A DNA stretch of 64,000 bases from a plasmid: sequence record AP025670.1; one strand, 5' to 3'. Every line of letters starts with the position of its first letter. Position 1 is the first letter of the stretch. The notes beneath the pieces are model-generated. The model made no database searches. It worked only from the letters and a program-made list of their open reading frames with translations, and was not told where the DNA came from. Positions 1 to 8,684 of this stretch are shown here, piece after piece. Both the position numbers and the translations under genes were made by a program.

Positions 1-148
1 TAAGTTAAGTGGTGAGAATAGACAAGCCGTATTAGAAGCAACGACACCAGATCAGTTGGATGAGGTTTTAAAAGCCTCGGAAAATGAGGTATGGACTGAG
101 TTGCAACTGCTATGTGAACAGCAGAACAACCTAAACTAAGAATCCAAA

Positions 149-541
149 ATGAAACTGACAATATCCTTGCCTTTCATTCTGATAACTACGCTGATCTCAG
201 TGCCAGCGTTGGGTAATAGTTATTCTGCAATGGAAGGGATTGAAGGACAGCGATATTCTGATTTAGAGAAATACAAAGCCAACTGTCCAGCTTGTATGAG
301 TGTTGTACAAAACATTAAAGATATCCGCTATCGGGCATGTGCACAATCAGTCACGGCAGATGATGTGATAATTAGGGACCCATTATATGGCTATTTGAAT
401 AGTTTGAAATTCATGTTGAATGATGATGCTTATAAACAGGTATTGACAATCATTGGTCATGAGAAGGATTGTTCTAATAGTATGAATTGGCTAGAAAAGG
501 CTAATTCAAAGATCGAGCCACAGCTAAACAAGACATATTGA
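149..541 (+). CDS. hypothetical secreted protein (N-terminal signal peptide)
   Basis: 130-aa ORF with a hydrophobic N-terminus (MKLTISLPFILITTLISVPALG) followed by a Cys-containing mature region. No recognisable family. Confidence 0.4.
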   Translation: MKLTISLPFILITTLISVPALGNSYSAMEGIEGQRYSDLEKYKANCPACMSVVQNIKDIRYRACAQSVTADDVIIRDPLYGYLNSLKFMLNDDAYKQVLTIIGHEKDCSNSMNWLEKANSKIEPQLNKTY

Positions 542-639
542 CGGCTATGTGCTGCGCTTTGTACCTCTATTTTTCTGCCCTGCCAAAATGACAGCCAAAA
601 AAAAACGCCACAATGTGGCGTTATAACCCTAGTGTTGGT

Positions 640-780
640 ACTTATTATAATCATATAACGTATGGCAAAACTAATTATACACATAAACACCCATGTGTAT
701 ATGTGTTAATGTGTATTTGTGTGTGATTCGTCACATATACACATATGTGTTAATGTGTGTACGCACATATAAAAATATTT
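640..780. repeat. array of TGTGTTAATGTGT-type iterons and inverted repeats (candidate centromere or origin repeats)
   Basis: The motif gtgttaatgtgt recurs at about 700 and 750 together with palindromic acatatacacatatgtgt. The same motif recurs at 1650-1675 and 2360-2490 on either side of parFG. Confidence 0.5.
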
Positions 781-882
781 TAGGCTTTATAGGTAATCAA
801 TCTAAAATCTAAGTGAAGAATTAAATCACAGGTACAATAATAAAAAGCAAAAACACTACCAGTTAAAGTAGAGGACCGGAGC

Positions 883-1251
883 ATGTTTGTTTTTAATGAA
901 GAAACGTTCCAACGGAACCCCAGTAATCCATGTCCAGATAATGAATTCAATAGTGACGTGATTGATTTTATAAAGGAAATAAGAAAGTTTTATCCTGAGT
1001 TAGAACATTGGAGCAATACCGGTGTACTGTTTGCTTGGGAAGGATATCTGCAAGATGTATACGCGGTCGGTTGGACTGAATTGGTACGCAAGAGAGAGAA
1101 CGGCTTTCTCGCATACTGCTACATATCGCAGTTACGACCATGCTTTGATTTTGGTGGAACAGGGACATACAACACTGAAGTTTGGGATCTTGGAGAGCAA
1201 GAGCCGTGGAAAAAACAACTATTGCCAAAACTACCAGATTGGCTCGAATAA
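883..1251 (+). CDS. hypothetical protein
   Basis: 122-aa ORF with no recognisable motifs. An overlapping opposite-strand ORF (968..1228) is less likely. Confidence 0.3.
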   Translation: MFVFNEETFQRNPSNPCPDNEFNSDVIDFIKEIRKFYPELEHWSNTGVLFAWEGYLQDVYAVGWTELVRKRENGFLAYCYISQLRPCFDFGGTGTYNTEVWDLGEQEPWKKQLLPKLPDWLE

Positions 1252-1348
1252 TTGAGCATGAGGCACTTTTGTTTTGAATGTTACCTAGTGAAATTGAGAT
1301 AAAAGTACAATAAAAAGGGATGAAATATCATCCCTATAAAACCACTAC

Positions 1349-1576
1349 CTATTCATTTTCCTTTAGCCACTGATGAACATAATCTGATATTACATCTTTC
1401 ATTGTGGTGTTTCGTTTGACACATGCAGCTTTGAATCGAATTTGAGTATCTTCGTCAAGATCTACATTAATGCGTTTGGTTTTTGTACTTTTATCAAGAA
1501 TTTTATCTAAGTCTCTGTTTTCACCGAATTTCATTTTCTGTGAATTTGCTGATTCGTTAACTTTTTTAAGTGCCAT
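1349..1576 (-). CDS. parG: ParG-like ribbon-helix-helix centromere-binding protein
   Basis: 75 aa. Close resemblance to TP228 ParG in the motifs KMKFGENRDL, KRINVDLDED and IRFKAACVKRNTTMKDV. Lies immediately downstream of the parF-like ATPase. Confidence 0.8.
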   Translation of the reverse strand: MALKKVNESANSQKMKFGENRDLDKILDKSTKTKRINVDLDEDTQIRFKAACVKRNTTMKDVISDYVHQWLKENE

Positions 1577-1589
1577 AAAGTATCTCTTT

Positions 1590-1680
1590 TAATTTCAAAA
1601 CACATATGCGCTTATGTGTTTTAGCGCACACGTGTAGATACACGTTCGTGTTAATGTGTTAATGTGTGAATACACATTAT
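1590..1680. repeat. TGTGTTAATGTGT iteron cluster downstream of parG
   Basis: Sequence cgtgttaatgtgttaatgtgtgaatacacatt plus flanking gtgt-rich repeats. Confidence 0.5.
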
Positions 1681-2300
1681 GACTCAAAAATAGTCAAAAT
1701 TTCTCTGGTTAGTATTTCTATCTCGCCTTTTGCATTTCCATCATTAGTTTCAAAAATACTCTTACCATCTAGAATAGATTTGATATAGCTCTGCCGTTGA
1801 GAAATAGCTGTTTTGAAAGAAGGCAAGCCAGTATCTTTGAGGTTGTCTTTTAATACTTGCAACATAGTTGTTTGGTCAATTTTACGAGTAATCAGAAATC
1901 TAGCTTCTACTTTACGGCTGTATGCTTGAGCTTCGAGGACCGATGTAACACTACCGGCTGCGGAAAAATCAAGAGGGCTTGGCGAGACTGGAATTATAAC
2001 TAGATCACTAACCATAACTGCTGCTGATGTAATGACAGAAAGTGAACCAGCTCCATCTACAATGACAAAATCATAATCACTTAGATCTTTACGGATGCTA
2101 TAAACGTCTTTCTCACTGGCGGCGGTGAAAACATCATAATCACAGTTCCCTTCTTTAGACCAGTTAGATAGGCTCATTTGAGGATCTGTATCTACAACTG
2201 CTAATAAATAACCTGCTTTCTGCATAGCAGTAGCAACATTTATGACGGTGGTTGTTTTTCCAGAGCCGCCTTTCGGATTTAAAAAAGAAATTACTTTCAC
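1677..2300 (-). CDS. parF: ParF-like small ParA/Soj-family partition ATPase (type Ib)
   Basis: 207 aa. Deviant Walker A motif KGGSGKTT at the N-terminus. Its small size and the adjacent ParG homolog support the call. Confidence 0.85.
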   Translation of the reverse strand: MKVISFLNPKGGSGKTTTVINVATAMQKAGYLLAVVDTDPQMSLSNWSKEGNCDYDVFTAASEKDVYSIRKDLSDYDFVIVDGAGSLSVITSAAVMVSDLVIIPVSPSPLDFSAAGSVTSVLEAQAYSRKVEARFLITRKIDQTTMLQVLKDNLKDTGLPSFKTAISQRQSYIKSILDGKSIFETNDGNAKGEIEILTREILTIFES

Positions 2301-2339
2301 TGGAAAACCTCATATGTTTGTTTGTGTTTTTTTCATTAT

Positions 2340-2500
2340 CTAAGGAAGCCAAAAAATAATCAATGTGTATTTGTGTTAATGTGTATTTAAGCAAAAACAC
2401 ATTAAATTATAAGAAAAACATACCTGACCTGTGAAATCAGTTAGTTACACACGCGATAATGTGTTTATGTGTTTATGTGTTTAGTCACATTAACACAATC
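2340..2500. repeat. iteron array upstream of parF (parH-like centromere or operator)
   Basis: caatgtgtatttgtgttaatgtgtatttaagc, then gataatgtgtttatgtgtttatgtgtttagtcacattaacacaatc. These are multiple direct and inverted copies of the same core. Confidence 0.5.
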
Positions 2501-2569
2501 AACAATGTTGATACATTTAAATTAGAGTGCTACTATTAAAACTCGGACGTTGAATTGTAGAGGTGATAA

Positions 2570-2815
2570 ATGGCTCAGGTCACAGTAAAAAAATGGGGCA
2601 ATAGCCCGTCTGTACGGCTTCCTGTTGCAATCATGCAAAAAGCGGCACTTAGCGTTGATGATACGGTTGAAATAGCGGTAGAAGAAGGTCGTATCATCAT
2701 TACGCCAGTTAAAGCAGTAGAATACTCATTAGAAAATTTGTTAGCCGGTATCACGCCGGAGAATATTCATGAGAAAGTAGACTTCGGAGCTCGAACAGGT
2801 AAGGAATTAATTTAA
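2570..2815 (+). CDS. MazE/PemI/ChpBI-family antitoxin (AbrB/SpoVT fold)
   Basis: 81 aa with the motif VKKWGNSPSVRLPVAIM typical of MazE-family antitoxins. Its stop overlaps the toxin start (taATGg). Confidence 0.8.
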   Translation: MAQVTVKKWGNSPSVRLPVAIMQKAALSVDDTVEIAVEEGRIIITPVKAVEYSLENLLAGITPENIHEKVDFGARTGKELI

Positions 2816-3147
2816 TGGTATCTCGATACGTTCCTGATTCTGGCGATTTGATTTGGATTGACTTTGATCCAGTTGAAGGACATGAGCAGGGCGGTCATCG
2901 TCCAGCAGTTGTCCTCAGCCCATTTGCATACAATAATAAAGTAGGGCTCTTATTATGCGTACCATGTACAACTAAGGGCAAAGGCTATCCATTTGAATGC
3001 GAACTCTCGAACGAAAGAGACAGCTACGCATTAGCGGATCAAGTTACATGTGTTGACTGGAGAGCTCGTAAGGTTACTAAAAAGGGCAAAGTGGAGGCAT
3101 CAGAACTGGCAGAGATAAAAGCTAAAGCAAAGGCGTTAATAGGTTAG
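2815..3147 (+). CDS. MazF/PemK/ChpBK-family endoribonuclease toxin
   Basis: 110 aa with motifs PDSGDLIWIDFDP and GHEQGGHRPAVVLSP characteristic of MazF/PemK. Confidence 0.85.
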   Translation: MVSRYVPDSGDLIWIDFDPVEGHEQGGHRPAVVLSPFAYNNKVGLLLCVPCTTKGKGYPFECELSNERDSYALADQVTCVDWRARKVTKKGKVEASELAEIKAKAKALIG

Positions 3148-3177
3148 ATATAATAATTATAAGGGTTATGGGATAGA

Positions 3178-3558
3178 ATGGAAAATGAAACACTACACAC
3201 AGCAACAGGTAATCAAACTCCTTTAGATAATGCTATATCATCATTAAGCTCTATTTTAGATGTTATTTTCACAGTAAATGATTATGTTTTGTTTTTTATA
3301 ATTTTAATAATGATTTTCGCTAAATCGAAATCAAGACTATTCAAATTGGCATTTGGTTATTCTGGTATATCAGTTGTATTTTTACTCTCTAGCTATTTTA
3401 TCAGGGATGATTTACTGTTTGATATTAATAATACACCGCGATTCGGATTATTAATGATCAATATAGGCATGATTACAACAGCATTATATTTAATATACTG
3501 GCTTATCTATCTATTCAACGAAAGTGGTATGATTGATAGCAAAAAGAGTGAACCATAG
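3178..3558 (+). CDS. hypothetical integral membrane protein
   Basis: 126 aa with several hydrophobic helices. No known motif. Confidence 0.4.
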   Translation: MENETLHTATGNQTPLDNAISSLSSILDVIFTVNDYVLFFIILIMIFAKSKSRLFKLAFGYSGISVVFLLSSYFIRDDLLFDINNTPRFGLLMINIGMITTALYLIYWLIYLFNESGMIDSKKSEP

Positions 3559-3615
3559 CTAACCGAAAAAGGGTGCTTGTATCACCAATCCTTCGTAATC
3601 TATAAAAGAGAAAAT

Positions 3616-3633
3616 GTGGGGGTTTCCCCCCAC
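3616..3633 (-). terminator. GC hairpin gtgggggtttccccccac followed by a T-run on the minus strand (probable 3' end of the hok-like transcript)
   Basis: A perfect 7-bp GC stem. The reverse complement is followed by ATTTTCTCTTTTAT. Confidence 0.45.
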
Positions 3634-3643
3634 AAGAGCAACA

Positions 3644-3787
3644 TTACTTATCACAAGATAGCGTAGCTTGAACCACTGTGCCTCCGCTTGTGAAATTTAG
3701 TGAACATAAGCGATCACGCATTAACAATGAGAAGCACAGAACTGTGATGCACACAGCAATCAGCCCAATCAGGGCAAATTTGCTCAT
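3644..3787 (-). CDS. hok: Hok/Gef-family type I toxin (47 aa), absent from the ORF track
   Basis: Manual translation of the minus strand gives MSKFALIGLIAVCITVLCFSLLMRDRLCSLNFTSGGTVVQATLSCDK. It aligns with the Hok/HokB core (LIICITILTFTLLTR..LYELRF). The segment VCITVLCFSLLMRDRLCSL matches the transmembrane helix plus the R-x-x-L-C-E/S motif. Confidence 0.65.
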   Translation of the reverse strand: MSKFALIGLIAVCITVLCFSLLMRDRLCSLNFTSGGTVVQATLSCDK

Positions 3788-4151
3788 TTCTCTTGACTCC
3801 TTGAGTAAAAGGAGACAGAATCAAATTGCGAAGTTTGTAGACTGCCTCGAATTAAGGGTTATACCTGATTCGGGGCTTTCGTCTTTTTGGCTCGTATCAA
3901 TGCTCGAACCAAAATGATTCAAGCACCCAAAACGATATTAGCAGATTATTATTAATTGCAATACTATTTATTATTAATAATATTTGTTTGTTTTTATGAT
4001 ATTTCTTTAAGTATTTTAATATAAATGGCTCATACTAACTTGAATTGAATAATATCAATTATATATTTAAATATTCTATGAAATCACCATATATTAGTGG
4101 TGGGTATAATTTTATTTACACCCACATGTTATTAATACCTTTCAATAAACC

Positions 4152-4982
4152 TTAATAGCTACCTTTGTAGCAAGTAGAGATGAATTGTAATTCTCCGTTA
4201 TTAGATATTTTTGAGTGTAGCACATCAATGCTATATTTAATCATAAAATCTGAAATCTCTTTTGTACAAAAGCTATTCTTCCATTTAGATATTCTTGATA
4301 TGTTTTGTTCAAAAGCAAACGCATCAACATCTGCATTTTTAAGAGAGAGTAACTTTTTATCTGTGGTATCAAAATTTAGCATATAAGTATTAACCGGACT
4401 AGACATCGTTTGTGTAACACCAATATATTTAACATCCCACGCATTAGTTTTATTGAATGAATTGGTTATGTACTCATCTAGCCAGATGTTTATCTTATCC
4501 ATTTCATCCTTAGATGTTTCCTTCTTGTCAATAAAATCATTTCTACTAAATATATATGTTTTTAAGGTTTCTCCGTTAACAACATCTCTTATAGTTAGCA
4601 CATTGTTTGCCGTAGAGAAAAATATCTGTGGTTCAGACAGATCAGCACCATACCAACGAGCATTGGGTAAGTTTTCGTCAAAGAAACTTAGTCTGTTTGT
4701 TGACTCTTTTCTACACAGATATGAAAAGAGTTTACCATCTTGGCTTCTTATGTATCTAATTCTACTGATATTATTTGAAATTTCCGTCGATTGCATTATA
4801 TCTATATCACGATCATATATGGTAGATAATCCTGCTTTACAAATTTCTGATAGTGAAAATGACATTTGACTTTCAGCGGAAATCGCATTTTGGATATGTG
4901 TGATACTCAATGATAAGACTGCAAATAAAATTAATTTATTGGCTTTCACATTTTTTCCTTTATTTTTACTATAAATTAGCAC
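4152..4982 (-). CDS. hypothetical secreted protein
   Basis: 276 aa with an N-terminal signal-like segment (KANKLILFAVLSLSITHIQNAISA). No family assignment. AT-rich. Confidence 0.4.
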   Translation of the reverse strand: MLIYSKNKGKNVKANKLILFAVLSLSITHIQNAISAESQMSFSLSEICKAGLSTIYDRDIDIMQSTEISNNISRIRYIRSQDGKLFSYLCRKESTNRLSFFDENLPNARWYGADLSEPQIFFSTANNVLTIRDVVNGETLKTYIFSRNDFIDKKETSKDEMDKINIWLDEYITNSFNKTNAWDVKYIGVTQTMSSPVNTYMLNFDTTDKKLLSLKNADVDAFAFEQNISRISKWKNSFCTKEISDFMIKYSIDVLHSKISNNGELQFISTCYKGSY

Positions 4983-5351
4983 TTATAGAATTATAAAAAT
5001 TTATAATTATAGCTACATGGTAGCTATTCAATTGATTCTGATATTACCAAAAAAAGGAAATCACTAATCAGTGTATTAAACCTACTTTCTACCCACAAAT
5101 TCATAATACAAGTTACATTATGGATTTTAATCATCAATAATGTGCAATATATCACCGAGTATTGTTATATTTGCAATAATATCTATGTTTTAACTTTTGG
5201 ATGATAAATCCTTGTGTTACTCTTTACTCGGTTAAATATACGTTTAATGTAGTAACTTTTTTTATTTTATGATTTATGGTTAATGATGCTATTTGATGCA
5301 CCAGAATTCACCACAATTTTCACACCAATTTTCAGCACCAAGGAGGCACTG

Positions 5352-6308
5352 ATGGGAGAGTTAATTTTACGTGACACCGTAACAGATATTGTTGATGTAA
5401 ATAACATGACGAAAAACACCAACAATCCAGCAACCAGCTACTTGCTACGGCTCCGTTCCAAACAAAGTCAAAAGACAATGCGATCCTGTCTAGTGTCAGT
5501 GGTGAAATTGTTTCGTGCTATGGACCCGTTTACTTTCGATTGGTCAATCATGGATCGAGATGCCGTTCAATTGGTACTTCAGAAATTAATACTGGAGAAA
5601 AAGACCCCAAATAGTATCAACTTGATATTGAGTGCCATTAAAGGGGTGGCTGAAGAAGCCAGAGCATCACGAGTCATAGATAGTGATACATATCAGGATA
5701 TTAGAAGCATACGCCGGATTCGTGGGAACCGTATTGGTCGAGGGCGTTCACTGAGTAGTAGTGAAATAACGCACATTTATCAGCATCTTGATAGCATAAA
5801 TACCGCAGTCTCGGTACGTGATGCAGCGATTGTATCATTAATGCTTGGCTGTGGTTTGCGCCGTGCTGAAGTCACTTTGTTGGATATGGAAGATATCAAT
5901 TTTGATAATTACTCCATTAAAATCATGGGTAAAGGAAACAAAGAAAGAACTAACTTCATGCCAAGTGACACGCTCCGTCGTATTCGCTTATGGATAGAAA
6001 CTGTAAGAGGGGATCATACCGGTGCAGTTTTTACCCGCATACGTAAAAATGATGATGTAACTTGCGATAGAATAACAACCGATGGTTTACGGTATATTAT
6101 TGATAAATTGGTGAAAGATTCAGACTCAGATTCATTTACACCGCATGATTGCCGACGAACCTATGCCACTAAGTTGTTAGAACTAGGTGAGGACCTACTT
6201 ACTGTCAGAGAAGCTATGGGACACAGTAGTGTCGCTACTACACAGCGATATGATAAACGAGGTGTAACACGCTTAGAGGCTGCTGCACGTAATCTGCAAT
6301 ATTATTAG
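5352..6308 (+). CDS. int: tyrosine site-specific recombinase/integrase
   Basis: C-terminal catalytic motifs: R at LRRAEV, then HDCRRTYATKLL, then GHSSVATTQRYD (R-H-R-Y). The start was chosen at the ATG preceded by AAGGAGG (5352). The ORF could extend to 5283. Confidence 0.8.
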   Translation: MGELILRDTVTDIVDVNNMTKNTNNPATSYLLRLRSKQSQKTMRSCLVSVVKLFRAMDPFTFDWSIMDRDAVQLVLQKLILEKKTPNSINLILSAIKGVAEEARASRVIDSDTYQDIRSIRRIRGNRIGRGRSLSSSEITHIYQHLDSINTAVSVRDAAIVSLMLGCGLRRAEVTLLDMEDINFDNYSIKIMGKGNKERTNFMPSDTLRRIRLWIETVRGDHTGAVFTRIRKNDDVTCDRITTDGLRYIIDKLVKDSDSDSFTPHDCRRTYATKLLELGEDLLTVREAMGHSSVATTQRYDKRGVTRLEAAARNLQYY

Positions 6309-6321
6309 AGATATAACACAA

Positions 6322-7161
6322 ATGAGATCACAATCGCATTTTGTAGAAACTGAAGCTATAAAGATAGTCCACAATCAGATACCCAGTAAAAATTGGGTGT
6401 TACGTTCCATTGGTGAAAGAGATTACGGCTCAGATTTCATGATTGAGCTTTTTGATAATAAAGAATCAACTGGTGATTGTTTTTTTGTACAATCCAAAGG
6501 CACTGAAAAAACATTTACAGAAGATGTAAAAATCAGCTTTCCTGTTAACACTATAAAATATGCAATGCTATTTAACGTACCATTTTTTTTGTTTTATACG
6601 TCTATCACTTCAAAGCAAACAAAATTTATTTGGTTACAAAAATATACTAACTTAGTGCTTAATGAAAAAAATTGGGAAGATAAAAAGTCAATAACAATCT
6701 ATTTTCCAGAAGAAAATGACCTCTCTAAAAATAGAGAAAAAATAATCAAATTACTTGCAAATAGCCGTGCAGTTAATGATTTTATATCATTTAAGCATAC
6801 AATCGAAAATTTGAAATTTTGGGGTGAAATGGTCATATATAACAATGATTATTATCATGGCAGTAAATGCATAGAATTATGTCACAAAATCAATGACATG
6901 AAAAATGTAATTTTATATGCATCTGAACTATATGTTGATGATAGTTGCCCTTTTGAAATGAGAACTCAGTATCAGAAACTTAGAATTAATAAAATGATTT
7001 CCACATTTAATAAATTCATTAAATATAAAAAAACAACAAATAAAAAGATTAACTTTATTAAAAAACAATTTGAAATATTAGATTGCATTTGTAATGACAT
7101 TATTTCTTCATCAGAATTAGAAAGATGGGGTTATGAGTCTGAAGCCTTAATTCCATTTTAA
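6322..7161 (+). CDS. DUF4365-like predicted PD-(D/E)xK nuclease-domain protein
   Basis: The N-terminus ETEAIKIVHNQIPSKNWVLRSIGERDYGSDFMIELF...FFVQSKG fits the DUF4365 / restriction-endonuclease-like D..(D/E)xK pattern, assigned from memory. The C-terminal 150 aa is unknown. Confidence 0.45.
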   Translation: MRSQSHFVETEAIKIVHNQIPSKNWVLRSIGERDYGSDFMIELFDNKESTGDCFFVQSKGTEKTFTEDVKISFPVNTIKYAMLFNVPFFLFYTSITSKQTKFIWLQKYTNLVLNEKNWEDKKSITIYFPEENDLSKNREKIIKLLANSRAVNDFISFKHTIENLKFWGEMVIYNNDYYHGSKCIELCHKINDMKNVILYASELYVDDSCPFEMRTQYQKLRINKMISTFNKFIKYKKTTNKKINFIKKQFEILDCICNDIISSSELERWGYESEALIPF

Positions 7162-7181
7162 TTTATTTTGAGATAATTATA

Positions 7182-8192
7182 ATGAGAAATTTAACCACAT
7201 GGACTTGTTCCGAAATAACAAAGTTGATTGGGACTATTGACGAACCATTCTTCATTGAAAAAATATGCAAATTTACCGGACGTAGTGTAAATGATGTCCT
7301 CTCTAAATTGTTGCACATGGGATTGTGTGAAATAAACTATAAGGATAATAAGATATCTACGGCTAGGAATACAAATTTAAACCATCTCATTCCTTATTCA
7401 TCATTTATTCCTAAATTATTAGAACTTGGTTGGATATATGAGTTATTAAATAGGGAGGAATCTCTTAAAGCCCCCAAGTGGTGGGTAAATAATGATCAGT
7501 TCCCTATAAGTAACACTATCGAATTGAATCGTAATGAAACAGTATGGGTTAATGAGGAAATTCATACAGTTATCTCCATGATACAAAACAAGATGAACCT
7601 AAGCTCAATCGCAAATAAAATACATAGAAATCAATCATCTATTACCGCAATGTTAATAGATCTTGGTATTTTAGAATGCATTGATAAACAAGAAATCTTT
7701 TTGTCTGAAGTTAATGAATTGAAACTTTCAAAGTATACATTTAATAATGCGCTTGTTCTTATTAATCATGGATGGGTTGTTACCAACAATAATTTATCTG
7801 CGCCTAATTGGTGGCTTGAAAATAACAAGGATAATAAGAATGTTCATAATAGCCACTACGATGAAAGGAAAGAAATAACCGGTAATGATAGCAGACAATT
7901 GTATATGTTTATTAAATCAGAATTAGAGGGCATACTAAACACTATTCATGAAAATAAGCGTATCGAAGAATTGTCAGATGTAACGTATTTAGGTTATACA
8001 CTTGCAGATTTAACGACCTACATTGGTATTACTTCAGTTAAGGTAGCAGGGCAGGTCACAAAGAACAATAAAACCCACATGAGCTATTTTATGGATAAAC
8101 CTTATAATATAAAGAAAATGTTGATTAACTTTGGTTGGAAAGTTTCAGATGATTCATTAGCAGCTCCTGAATGGTGGTCTAATGAAGAATAA
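7182..8192 (+). CDS. hypothetical protein with three internal ~105-aa repeats, each an HTH-like segment plus GW...AP-x-WW motif
   Basis: The three repeats end in KAPKWWVNND, LSAPNWWLENN and LAAPEWWSNEE. Each is preceded by LGWIYE, HGWVVT or FGWKVS, and by a helix-turn-helix-like stretch. Confidence 0.5.
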   Translation: MRNLTTWTCSEITKLIGTIDEPFFIEKICKFTGRSVNDVLSKLLHMGLCEINYKDNKISTARNTNLNHLIPYSSFIPKLLELGWIYELLNREESLKAPKWWVNNDQFPISNTIELNRNETVWVNEEIHTVISMIQNKMNLSSIANKIHRNQSSITAMLIDLGILECIDKQEIFLSEVNELKLSKYTFNNALVLINHGWVVTNNNLSAPNWWLENNKDNKNVHNSHYDERKEITGNDSRQLYMFIKSELEGILNTIHENKRIEELSDVTYLGYTLADLTTYIGITSVKVAGQVTKNNKTHMSYFMDKPYNIKKMLINFGWKVSDDSLAAPEWWSNEE

Positions 8193-8604
8193 ATACATCT
8201 CTTTCATTCAAATTATTTTTTTTACCGTTGCTTGTGTATATCCAGCGTATTTATTAATACGCAGAAAAAACATAATTGATATTTCCATGTTAATATTTAT
8301 TGTATTAATTGCAGTAATTGGAGATTTTATTGAGTGCATAACATTAATTGAATTATCTAAGATGTTAGCATCATTCTTTCTTATTGCAATTTATGTGAAT
8401 TGCTACCGCAGCTATTTTAAGTACTCTAAAAGTAATATTGATTTAATTAGTTTTAAAGCAGTAGATAATAAGATGGGGTATCTTGTTTTTTCCAGTGAAA
8501 CTATATGTTATTTCTTGCCTTTAAAAATAAGTAGCCACTTTAATATGTTATGGTTTTATGGATATTTGAAAGCCATAACCATGCACCTTCAAAATAGAAA
8601 GTGA
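8182..8604 (+). CDS. hypothetical membrane protein
   Basis: 140 aa, strongly hydrophobic. Its start overlaps the stop of the preceding gene. Confidence 0.35.
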   Translation: MKNKYISFIQIIFFTVACVYPAYLLIRRKNIIDISMLIFIVLIAVIGDFIECITLIELSKMLASFFLIAIYVNCYRSYFKYSKSNIDLISFKAVDNKMGYLVFSSETICYFLPLKISSHFNMLWFYGYLKAITMHLQNRK

Positions 8605-8684
8605 TACTTTTAAGACTGTTTACTAAGAAAAAAGATACCATATAACGGGTACATTGCCTTTTTAATTTCTGAAGGCTGAAGCTC

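Noticed and set aside
457-690. 77-aa minus-strand ORF overlapping the 3' end of 149..541 and the iteron region
   Set aside because: It overlaps a better-supported gene and runs into the repeat array. Probably non-coding.
3678-3917. 79-aa plus-strand ORF from the track
   Set aside because: It is antisense to the hok-like toxin gene and its leader. The minus-strand 47-aa ORF has a clear family resemblance, so the plus ORF is more likely a non-coding (sok/mok-like) region than a gene.
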